This document shows, piece by piece, positions 25,954 through 34,513 of a stretch of 64,000 bases of DNA. This DNA comes from Anaeromyxobacteraceae bacterium (GTDB lineage Bacteria; Myxococcota; Myxococcia; Myxococcales; Anaeromyxobacteraceae). Location of the stretch: the NCBI GenBank assembly GCA_032654565.1, contig JAULAX010000015.1, positions 384,001-448,000 of the forward strand. Reading direction: 5' to 3'. The notes below the pieces were generated by a model. That model was not told the DNA's origin, made no database searches, and worked only from the letters and a program-made list of their open reading frames with translations. Within the stretch, counting starts at the first letter, position 1, and each line of letters opens with the position of its first letter. A program made the translations under genes and the position numbers.

Positions 25954-27117
25954 ATGAACTACGGGTTCGACGCCAAGCGGGCCTTCCAGAACACCACCGG
26001 GCTGGGGAACTACGCCCGCGACCTGCTCCGGATCCTGGCCCAGCGCCGCCCCGGCCACCGCTACCTGGCCTACGGCGCCGGGAAGGCGGGCGCGCCGGCC
26101 GGTGCGGGGGAGGGGCCGGCGGTGTGTCCGGTGAACGGCGGGGGCGACTGGCTGGTGCCTGGCCTGGAGCGGCGCGGCCCGGACACCACCTGGGGGCGCT
26201 GCCTGCCCCGCCTCTGGCGCCTCTGCGGGCTCACCGCGCAGCTCCGCCGCGACGGCGTCCAGCTCTTCCACGGCCTCTCCAACGAGCTGCCGCTCGGCCT
26301 GGAGCGGAGCGGCGTTCGCAGCGTGGTGACCATCCACGACCTGATCTTCGAGCGCTTCCCCGCCCTCTTCTCTCCCGTCGACCGCCGCCTCTACGCCTGG
26401 AAGTACCGCAGCGCCGTGGCCCGGGCCGACCGGATCATCGCCATCAGCGGGCAGACCCGGGACGATCTGGTGGAGCTCTACGGCGTGAACCCCTCGCGCA
26501 TCCGGGTGGTCCACCAGGGCTGCCGCCCGGCCTTCCAGGCTCCGCCGGCGCCCGGGGCCGACGACGAGGTGGCGCGCCGGCTCGACCTGCCGCCGCGGTT
26601 CCTGCTCTGCGTGGGGACGGTGGAGCGGCGCAAGAACCTGGAGCTGGTGGTGAAGGCGCTGCCCGGCCTCCCCGGCGTGCCGCTGCTGGTGGTGGGGCGG
26701 CAGACCGGCTACGCCGGCGAGGTGCGGGCGCTGGCGCGGCGGCTCGGCGTGGAGGACCGGCTCCGCTTCACCCGGACCGACTGCGCCGGGACGCTGGCGG
26801 CCCTCTACCGGCGCTGCACGGTGTCGGTCTACCCGTCGCGCTACGAGGGGTTCGGCATCCCCATCGTCGAGGCGCTCTTCTGCGGCGCCCCGGTGGTGAC
26901 CACGCCCGGCGGCGCATGCCAGGAGGCGGCCGGGCCGGGCGCGGGCTACGTGGGGCCGGACGACGTGGACGGGATGCGTGAGCTGCTGGCGGCGCTGCTG
27001 GCCGACGAGGGGCGGCGCGCCGAGATGAGCGCCGCCGGCCGCCGCCACGCCCGGCGGTTCGAGGACGAGGCGATCGCCGAAGGACTGGACGCGGTCTACC
27101 GCGAGCTGGTCGGGTAG
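25954..27117 (+). CDS. GT4 glycosyltransferase (MtfB-like)
   Basis: TGLGNY, VVTIHDL, GTVERRKN and YEGFGIPIVEA motifs. Confidence 0.9.
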   Translation: MNYGFDAKRAFQNTTGLGNYARDLLRILAQRRPGHRYLAYGAGKAGAPAGAGEGPAVCPVNGGGDWLVPGLERRGPDTTWGRCLPRLWRLCGLTAQLRRDGVQLFHGLSNELPLGLERSGVRSVVTIHDLIFERFPALFSPVDRRLYAWKYRSAVARADRIIAISGQTRDDLVELYGVNPSRIRVVHQGCRPAFQAPPAPGADDEVARRLDLPPRFLLCVGTVERRKNLELVVKALPGLPGVPLLVVGRQTGYAGEVRALARRLGVEDRLRFTRTDCAGTLAALYRRCTVSVYPSRYEGFGIPIVEALFCGAPVVTTPGGACQEAAGPGAGYVGPDDVDGMRELLAALLADEGRRAEMSAAGRRHARRFEDEAIAEGLDAVYRELVG

Positions 27118-27133
27118 GGCGGGGCGCGCTCGG

Positions 27134-27745
27134 TCAGCGGCGGGGCGCGGCGGACCAGGCCAGCGCCAGCAGCAGGCCGGGGACCAGCGCGGCCGGCAGG
27201 CTGGCCGCCTGGTTGATGAGGAGCAGCCAGGAGCCGCCGCCGAGGAGCGTCGCCAGCCACCGGGCCGGGCCGGGGCGGGCGGGGCCGAGCAGCAGGGCGC
27301 CGGCGATGGCCACGCCGAGCGCCGCCGCCGCCGGCAGCGCCAGCTCGCCGCGCGCCGCCAGCAGCCGCTCCCAGCACCCCGAGAGGAGCACGGCGAAGAC
27401 CGCCACCGAACCCACCGAGAGCGCCAGCACCGCGCCGGCCGCGGCGTCCTTGGCCAGGCGCGCCCCCGCCGACGGCGCCCCGCCGGCCAGATCCACCGCC
27501 GCCTCCAGCGCCGTGTTGGCCGCCTCGGCGGCGATCACCGCGAAGACGCAGAGCAGCAGCAGGGCCCGCTCCGCAGGCGAGAGCGGCGCCACCGCGGCGA
27601 AGCCACCGGCCAGCAGCCCCGCCACCAGCTGGAGCCGCAGGTTGCGCTGCCCGGCGGCGTCGCGCAGGCCGCGCAGGGCGAAGCCGACCGAGGCCTGGAA
27701 GGAGCCGCGCCCGCCCCCTGCTCCGCTCGGACCGTCGGTCGGCAT
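27134..27745 (-). CDS. dgkA: Diacylglycerol/undecaprenol kinase family protein with extra C-terminal TMs
   Basis: RNLRLQ, EAANTALEAAVDL and AKDAAAGAVL motifs; true start at ATG 27745, inside track ORF 27134..28810. Confidence 0.82.
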   Translation of the reverse strand: MPTDGPSGAGGGRGSFQASVGFALRGLRDAAGQRNLRLQLVAGLLAGGFAAVAPLSPAERALLLLCVFAVIAAEAANTALEAAVDLAGGAPSAGARLAKDAAAGAVLALSVGSVAVFAVLLSGCWERLLAARGELALPAAAALGVAIAGALLLGPARPGPARWLATLLGGGSWLLLINQAASLPAALVPGLLLALAWSAAPRR

Positions 27746-27795
27746 CGGTCCATTGTGGCACGGCCGGGAGGTGCCCGGCAACGGCCACCCTCCGC

Positions 27796-30700
27796 CTACG
27801 GGACCATCACCCGGACCACGCTGTCGGCCGTCGTGGTGAAGAAGAGGAGCGGCGTCCCGGTGCCGGTCGTCACCAGCGCCAGCCGGTTCGGCGTCGCCGG
27901 CCCCAGCCTGGACGCGAACGGCCCCGCCATGGAGCCCGCCGTGGCCAGCGTCAGCTGGCCGCTCGCGCTGTCCTGCCAGGCCAGCCGCGCCGCTCCCGGC
28001 GCCAGCGACAGGGCCAGGTCCGAACCCGGGCTGGCCGGAGCGGCCGCCACCGTGGACGTCGCGCCGCAGGTGCCGCTGCAGCTGGCGGAGCTGACCAGCC
28101 CGGTGGTGCCGTCCTGCCAGACCAGCGCCGCGCCGCCGCCGGCCGGGGCCAGCCGCAGCTGCCGCGTCGAGGTGGCGCCGGCCACCGCCACCGTCGACAG
28201 GAGGGCGCCTCCGGTGCCCAGGGCCGCGTAAACCAGCTGCCCGGTCGGGTCCACCCAGGCCATGTGGCGGGACCCGCCATCGAACGGCGTCAGGCCGATG
28301 AACCTGCCCGAGCCGCTCCCGGCGGCGACGCTCGAGTTCACGGCGCCGATGCTCCACACCTGGCCGGCAGCCGGCTGGCCGAGGCCGCAGCTGCCGGAGC
28401 AGAGCGTCATCAGCCCGTAGTCGGTGACGCCGAGGCGAAGGGCGAAGGCCAGCGAGAGCCGCCCGTCGGTGTCCACCGCCAGCGACAGCCACCGGCCGGC
28501 GTCCGGGGCGGCCGAGCCGTCGGCCGCGCAGCCAGAGCCGTCGGGCACCAGGGCGGAGACCCGCGGGTCGATCCGCGACCAGGCGCCACCGCTGAAGGTG
28601 GCCAGCCCGATGGAGCAGGCGGCGATGCCCGAGGCCGAGGCCGTGAGCGTCTTGTAGGCCACCGCGATCTGACCGACCGCGTCCACCACCACGTCCACCG
28701 GGCGGGGCTCGTCGCCCGCGGTCCAGGTCAGCACCCCCAGGCCGGAGTCCACGTCGCCGCCCACCTGCGCCCAGGTGGCGCCACCCGGAGAGTTGCAGCC
28801 GGCCGTGCACCTCCAGACCTGCACCCGGCCGCCGGCGGTGGCGGCGTCGTAGGTCGCCACCACCGGAAGGCCGGCCCCGTCCACGGTGGCCGCCAGGAAG
28901 GTCGCCGGGAAGGGCAGCGGAATGCCCAGCGGGACCTCGAGGCCATGTTCCGTGGACCCGGAATGTGTGCCGTCGCTCACCGTGAGCCGGACCAGGTAGG
29001 ACCCCACCACCTCAGGCGAGAAGCTGGTAGTCACGCTGGTTGAGTTGGCGATCACCGCGACGCTGCCGGGCGGCCTGGAGACCAGCTGCCAGCTGTAGGT
29101 GAGCGACTGGCCCAGGGAGCAGGCGACGCTGTCCGGGTCGGAGGAGCCGCTCGCGTCGAGCGAGATGATGCTGCCCGGGGTCGCGGTGGGCTGCAAGAGG
29201 AAGTGGGCCACCGGCGCCTGCAGGCCGCAGCTGCCGACGGTGACCGTCAGCGGCATCACCACCGAGCGGGCGCCCCGGCGCACCGTGACCGCCACGTCGT
29301 AGGTGCCGGACCGGTCCGGAGTGAAGGAGCTGGTGGACTGGGTCGCCCCGGCCAGGGTGGCGCTGCTCCCGGCTGGCGTGCTGAGCAGCCGCCACTCGTA
29401 GTAGCAGTCGGGAACGGCCGCGCAGCTGGGGCCCGTGGGCATGTCGGTCGCGGTGATCCCGAGCTGGATGGGGCTGGCGAGGTAGAAGGTCGAGGCCAGC
29501 CCGGTGAGGACCGTGGGGACCGGCACCGTCGGCACGGTCTGCGCCACGGCGTAGGAGTTGATGGTGAGCACCGGCGTCGTGGAGGTGACCGTCGTCGTCC
29601 GGGAGCCTCGCAGGCCGGCGCTGTCGGTGGCCACCACCTCGATGTCGTAGGCGCCGTCCACGTCCGGCACGAAGCTGGGGGCCAGGGTCCCCGCCGCGAG
29701 CAGCACCGCGGCACTCCCGGCCGGGACCCTGGTGAAGCGCCAGGAGAGGGTGGACGGGTCGACGAGGCTGCAGGGCGGCGCGGTGTCGGCGTCGGTGACG
29801 ATCGCGCTCAACCCCACCGGGGCGAGGGTGGCCGGGGAGGCCGGGGTGATCGTGACCGTCGAGACCACCGGTGGCCTGGTCCCGCAGCTGGAGGTGGCCG
29901 CCACCGCGAAGGTGGTGATGCTGGAGGCGCCGGTCGAGTCGCTGGCGGCCAGCTCCAGCAGGTAGCTGCCGGCCAGGTCCGGCGTGAAGGCGGTGGTCAG
30001 CGCGTCGGTGGGGGAGAGGCTGGCCAGGCTGCCGGCCGGCACGCTCGCCAGCCGCCAGGCCAGCGAGAGCCCCTGCGGAGGCAGGCCGCAGGTGGTGGAG
30101 TCCAGGTCGGTCACGTTGGCCGTGACCGCGACGGCGCGGAGGGGCGAGAGCGGCGTCGGCGCGGCGCGGGTGGAGGTGACCGTGACCCCGCCGAGGACCT
30201 GCACCGCCGCGAAGGCCGGCGCGCTGCCGTCGGCGGGGGCCGGTGCGTGGGCGCCGCACTCGTCGGCGGTCACCGACCAGCGGACCGGCGCGCTCACCGC
30301 CCCGCTCGAGGCCGTGGCCGTCAGCTCCACCAGGTAGGGCGTGCCGAGGCTGGGGCGCTGCGGGGAGAAGGTGACCACCGGCCCCTGCTGCGCGCTCCAG
30401 GTGGCGGTGGCGCCGGCCGGCGCCGAGACCAGCCGCCAGTCGAGCCGCGCCACCGAGCCACGCAGCCTCGCCGGGCAGGTGGCGTCGATGGCCGGCATGG
30501 AGGCCGAGCCGAGCAGCGTGGCGCTGCCGTAGGTGTTGACCGTGCTCGTCGAGCCGGCTTCCACCACGGCCACCGGCGCCACCGCCCCGCACGGCGACGA
30601 CGCCAGCGTCAGCTGGGCCATGGCCTGGTTGCCGAAGGTGTCGGTGACGGTCACCGCCACCTGCCAGGTGCCCGCCGCCACGTCGGCCACCAGGGTGGGA

Positions 30701-32049
30701 GAGGAGGCGGTGGCGGAGGAGAGGGCGGCGCTGCTCCCGGGCGGCCGGGACAGGATGGTCCACTGGTAGGCGAGCTCGACCGGGACGGCGCCGCAGCTGC
30801 CGGGGCTGGCCACGACGCCCAGCCTGGCCCCTCCACCGGCGTGGAGCGCGGTCGAGGGCGCGCCGTCGGGCTCGGTGAAGGCGGCGGACATCCCGCCCAG
30901 CGCCGGCGCGGCGGTGCAGGCGCCCACCTGGAGGGAGCCCTGCGCCGTGCTGGCGAAGCCGCCCTGGTCGGCCACCTGGGCCTGGACCGTGTAGGTGCCG
31001 GGCCGGTCGGGCACGAAGATCCCGCTGGCCGGGTCGATGGCGGCCGCGCTGACCGCCGGACGCCCCACCAGGCTGAAGCGGGTGGAGAACAGCGGCGCCG
31101 CCACGCAGACGTCGGTGACCGGTCCGGCCAGCCCGGCGGTCACGGTCGCCCCCACCTGGGCCCCGCCGGTGAAGGCCAGCGGCGGCAGCGCCGGGCCGCA
31201 GGCGCCGGTGGCCACCGACGCCACGACCGGCGCCGAGACCAGGCCGGTGCCGTCGCGCACGGTCACTTCCCACTCCCAGGTGCCGGCCACGTCGGCGATG
31301 AAGTCGTGGGTCAGCCCCCCGGTGAACCCGGTCGTGCCGGTGGCCGCGGAGCCGGCCGGCGCCGAGCGGAGCTGCCACCGGTAGGCGAACGACTCGGCCC
31401 GGGGCGGGGAGCAGACGCCGCCGGCGGCGGGGAGCGCGGTGTCGGCGTCCCAGGCCGTGGCGGTCATGGTGATGCTCGAGCCGACCGCCGGGCGCGAGGC
31501 CGGGGTGCTCACGCTGGTGAGGACCGGGGCGCTGCCGCCGCAGGCGGCCACGTCCACCGAGAGGGTGCGGGGCGGCGCCGCCTGCCCGGTGGTGTCGGCC
31601 ACGGTGAGCGAGACCAGGTAGTGGCCGCCCGCCACGTCCGGGACGAAGGCCGGCGCCGGGGCGGTGGTCGAGGTGAGCGTGGCGCTGCTGCCGGCCGGTC
31701 GCTCCAGCAGGGCCCAGGTGTAGGTGACGTCGCCCGGGGAGACCGGACCGCAGCCGAGCGTCACCGACGGCGAGGTGAGCTGGACCAGCGCCCCGGCGTA
31801 GACCTCGCCGGCCGGAAGGGAGAGCGGCCCCACCGTCGGGACCGCGCCCTTCACCGGGTTGGAGCAGGTGCCGGTGCCGCCGTCGCAGACGCCGGCCAGG
31901 TGGCAGGCGTCCCGGGCGCCGCAGACCACCCCCTTGCAGCGGTCGAGCGGTTCGGTGGCCTTCTGCGAGCAGGCGGCGAGCAGGAGCGCGGCGGCGACGA
32001 GGAGGGCGCGGCCGGCGGGCCGGACGGGCAGCAGGGGCGGGGTGGGCAT
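27796..32049 (-). CDS. Large lipoprotein: Cys-rich N-terminal motif, ~9 PKD/REJ-like repeats, C-terminal beta-rich domain
   Basis: Lipobox LLLAAC; repeated W..xxPAGSxAxL...FxPDxxGxYxxxLxVxD. Confidence 0.82.
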   Translation of the reverse strand: MPTPPLLPVRPAGRALLVAAALLLAACSQKATEPLDRCKGVVCGARDACHLAGVCDGGTGTCSNPVKGAVPTVGPLSLPAGEVYAGALVQLTSPSVTLGCGPVSPGDVTYTWALLERPAGSSATLTSTTAPAPAFVPDVAGGHYLVSLTVADTTGQAAPPRTLSVDVAACGGSAPVLTSVSTPASRPAVGSSITMTATAWDADTALPAAGGVCSPPRAESFAYRWQLRSAPAGSAATGTTGFTGGLTHDFIADVAGTWEWEVTVRDGTGLVSAPVVASVATGACGPALPPLAFTGGAQVGATVTAGLAGPVTDVCVAAPLFSTRFSLVGRPAVSAAAIDPASGIFVPDRPGTYTVQAQVADQGGFASTAQGSLQVGACTAAPALGGMSAAFTEPDGAPSTALHAGGGARLGVVASPGSCGAVPVELAYQWTILSRPPGSSAALSSATASSPTLVADVAAGTWQVAVTVTDTFGNQAMAQLTLASSPCGAVAPVAVVEAGSTSTVNTYGSATLLGSASMPAIDATCPARLRGSVARLDWRLVSAPAGATATWSAQQGPVVTFSPQRPSLGTPYLVELTATASSGAVSAPVRWSVTADECGAHAPAPADGSAPAFAAVQVLGGVTVTSTRAAPTPLSPLRAVAVTANVTDLDSTTCGLPPQGLSLAWRLASVPAGSLASLSPTDALTTAFTPDLAGSYLLELAASDSTGASSITTFAVAATSSCGTRPPVVSTVTITPASPATLAPVGLSAIVTDADTAPPCSLVDPSTLSWRFTRVPAGSAAVLLAAGTLAPSFVPDVDGAYDIEVVATDSAGLRGSRTTTVTSTTPVLTINSYAVAQTVPTVPVPTVLTGLASTFYLASPIQLGITATDMPTGPSCAAVPDCYYEWRLLSTPAGSSATLAGATQSTSSFTPDRSGTYDVAVTVRRGARSVVMPLTVTVGSCGLQAPVAHFLLQPTATPGSIISLDASGSSDPDSVACSLGQSLTYSWQLVSRPPGSVAVIANSTSVTTSFSPEVVGSYLVRLTVSDGTHSGSTEHGLEVPLGIPLPFPATFLAATVDGAGLPVVATYDAATAGGRVQVWRCTAGCNSPGGATWAQVGGDVDSGLGVLTWTAGDEPRPVDVVVDAVGQIAVAYKTLTASASGIAACSIGLATFSGGAWSRIDPRVSALVPDGSGCAADGSAAPDAGRWLSLAVDTDGRLSLAFALRLGVTDYGLMTLCSGSCGLGQPAAGQVWSIGAVNSSVAAGSGSGRFIGLTPFDGGSRHMAWVDPTGQLVYAALGTGGALLSTVAVAGATSTRQLRLAPAGGGAALVWQDGTTGLVSSASCSGTCGATSTVAAAPASPGSDLALSLAPGAARLAWQDSASGQLTLATAGSMAGPFASRLGPATPNRLALVTTGTGTPLLFFTTTADSVVRVMVP

Positions 32050-32163
32050 GGCCCACACCTTAGCCTTTCACCAGCAGTCAGGATGGGCCACTTCGCCGAA
32101 GCCGGCTGGTCCCCCCCTGCCGCCCGCCGGCGCGGAGCCCCGGGGTCGGGAGGGCGACCCTGC

Positions 32164-32556
32164 CTACTCCTTGAACACGCAGAGCTTCTCGCCGACCAGC
32201 ACCTTGGCCTGCTCGGTGGTGAGCATGAGCTGCGTGGTCACCTGGCGGACGCTCTTCCCCTTGGTGTTCCCGGCCGCGTAGCTCACCACCATGAAGCGCT
32301 GGGCCGGCTCGGCCTTGGGCTTCTTGCTGCCTTCCTTCTCGCGCCGGGCGTTGAGCTGGGTGCCGTCGAGCACCTCCACCGCGGTCACCTTCCCCTTGGC
32401 CATCTCCGGCTTGCACGGGCCGAGCAGCGCCGCCCTGGCGTCGGCCAGCGCCTCGGGGCCGGCCGGCAGCGCCTTGGCGGCGTCGGCGGGTGCAGCCGCG
32501 GGGTCGGCGGCGAGGGCGGCGGCGAGCAGGGCGGCGGCGAAGATCGAGGTGGTCAT
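32164..32556 (-). CDS. Small secreted hypothetical protein
   Basis: Signal peptide MTTSIFAAALLAAALAA; GC3-biased codons; Cys pair. Confidence 0.7.
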   Translation of the reverse strand: MTTSIFAAALLAAALAADPAAAPADAAKALPAGPEALADARAALLGPCKPEMAKGKVTAVEVLDGTQLNARREKEGSKKPKAEPAQRFMVVSYAAGNTKGKSVRQVTTQLMLTTEQAKVLVGEKLCVFKE

Positions 32557-32719
32557 GGCGTGGGTCCTTTGGGCGCGGTGGCGCGTGGGGCGGAGCGGTG
32601 CGTGCGGCGATGGGGCGCGGTGGTGCGTGGGCGCCTGGAGCAGCGCGCGGAGGGGATGATACCGCGGAGGAGGGGGGAGCCGCGGCACGGCACCCATCCG
32701 TGAGTTATGACTAGGCACC

Positions 32720-34489
32720 TTGTCCAGCCACGCCCCCTCCCGCGAACCCGCCGTCGCCCCCCGCGCCTCGCTGCGCCGCCTCTCCCCCCTCTTCAAGGAG
32801 GAGGTGGGCACGCTGATCGGCGCCACCGCCCTGCTCCTGCTCGGCTCGCTGGCGGCGCTGGCCTACCCGCAGGGGATCCGGATCATCGTCGACGGCGCCG
32901 TCGGGGTGGGCGATCACTTCACGGTCCGCAACGCCGCCTTCGTCATGGGCGGGCTGGCCCTGCTGCAGGGGGTGGCCGTGGCCGGCCGCGCCTGGCTCTT
33001 CAGCCTGGCCGGCGAGCGCGGCGTCAAGCGGGTGCGCGAGCAGCTCTTCCGCTCGCTGGTCTCGCAGGAGGTGGCCTTCTTCGACGGCCAGCGCACCGGC
33101 GACCTGCAGTCGCGCCTCTCCTCAGACACGGCGTCCTTGCAGGGGCTGCTCTCCTCGCAGCTCTCCATGGCGCTGCGCAACGTGGTCCAGGTGATCGGCG
33201 CCCTGGCCCTGCTCATCTACACCTCGCCCAAGCTCACCGGCGTGATGCTGGCGGTGGTCCCGGCCGTGGCCTTCGGCGCCGTCTACTACGGCCGCAAGAT
33301 CCGCGGCCTGGCCCGCAAGTCGCAGGACGCCCTGGCCGACGCCGGCCACGTCGCCGAGGAGTCGCTCTCCGCCATCCGCACCGTGCGCGCCTTCGCCGCC
33401 GAGGACGCCGAGGACAAGCGCTACGCCGCCGCGGTCACCACCGCCTTCGGCTTCGCCCGCACCCGCTCCCTGGCCGGCTCCATCTTCATGGGGGCCACCT
33501 ACACCGGCATCTACGCCGCCATCGCCCTGGTGCTCGGCTACGGCGGCTCGCTGGTGGCGGCCGGCGAGCTGACCGCCGGCGCCCTCACCGCCTTCCTGGT
33601 CTACACGCTGCTCATCGCCATGGGGCTGGGGACGCTGGCCGACATCTGGGCCGAGTCGATGCGCGGCCTCGGCGCCGCCGAGCGGGTCTTCGAGCTCATC
33701 GACCGGGCCCCGGCCATGCTGCTGCGCGGCGGGCGGACCCTCACGCGCGTCGCCGGCCGCCTGGCCTACGAAGGGGTCCACTTCACCTACCCGGCCCGCC
33801 CCGACACCGAGGTGCTCCACGGCGTCGACCTGCTGGTCGAGCCGGGCGAGGTGGTGGCGCTGGTCGGCCCCTCGGGCTCCGGCAAGTCGACGCTCGGCGC
33901 CCTGCTGGTGCGGCTCTACGATCCCTCGTCGGGCCGGCTCACGCTCGACGGCGTCGACCTGCGCGAGCTCGACCCCTCCTGGCTGCGCGGCCAGGTGGGC
34001 GTGGTCTCGCAGGAGCCGGTGCTCTTCTCCACCACCATCGCCGAGAACGTCCGCTACGGCCGCCCCGGCGCCACCGACGCCGAGGTGCGCGACGCCCTGA
34101 AGAACGCCAACGCCCTCTCCTTCGTGCTGGCCTTCCCCGACGGGCTCGACACCAAGGTTGGCGAGCGCGGCCAGCAGCTCTCCGGCGGCCAGAAGCAGCG
34201 GGTGGCCATCGCCCGCGCCATCCTCAAGGACCCGCGGCTGCTGCTGCTCGACGAGGCCACCAGCGCCCTCGACGCCGAGTCGGAGGCGCTGGTGCAGGAG
34301 GCGCTCTCCCGGCTCATGAAGGGGCGCACCTCGATCGTCATCGCCCACCGGCTCTCCACCGTGGTCGGCGCCGACCGGGTGGTGGTGATCGACGGCGGCC
34401 GGGTGGTCGAGTCGGGGCGCCACGCCGCGCTGGTCGGCCGCGGCGGCGCCTACGCCCGGCTGGTGGAGCGCCAGGTGCTGCGGGGCTGA
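32720..34489 (+). CDS. ABC exporter half-transporter (TMD+NBD, MsbA/MdlB-like)
   Basis: GPSGSGKS, LSGGQKQR, LLLDEATSALD and IAHRLST motifs. Confidence 0.93.
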   Translation: MSSHAPSREPAVAPRASLRRLSPLFKEEVGTLIGATALLLLGSLAALAYPQGIRIIVDGAVGVGDHFTVRNAAFVMGGLALLQGVAVAGRAWLFSLAGERGVKRVREQLFRSLVSQEVAFFDGQRTGDLQSRLSSDTASLQGLLSSQLSMALRNVVQVIGALALLIYTSPKLTGVMLAVVPAVAFGAVYYGRKIRGLARKSQDALADAGHVAEESLSAIRTVRAFAAEDAEDKRYAAAVTTAFGFARTRSLAGSIFMGATYTGIYAAIALVLGYGGSLVAAGELTAGALTAFLVYTLLIAMGLGTLADIWAESMRGLGAAERVFELIDRAPAMLLRGGRTLTRVAGRLAYEGVHFTYPARPDTEVLHGVDLLVEPGEVVALVGPSGSGKSTLGALLVRLYDPSSGRLTLDGVDLRELDPSWLRGQVGVVSQEPVLFSTTIAENVRYGRPGATDAEVRDALKNANALSFVLAFPDGLDTKVGERGQQLSGGQKQRVAIARAILKDPRLLLLDEATSALDAESEALVQEALSRLMKGRTSIVIAHRLSTVVGADRVVVIDGGRVVESGRHAALVGRGGAYARLVERQVLRG

Positions 34490-34513
34490 CCCGCCGTCCC
34501 ACCGCCTTCCCGC

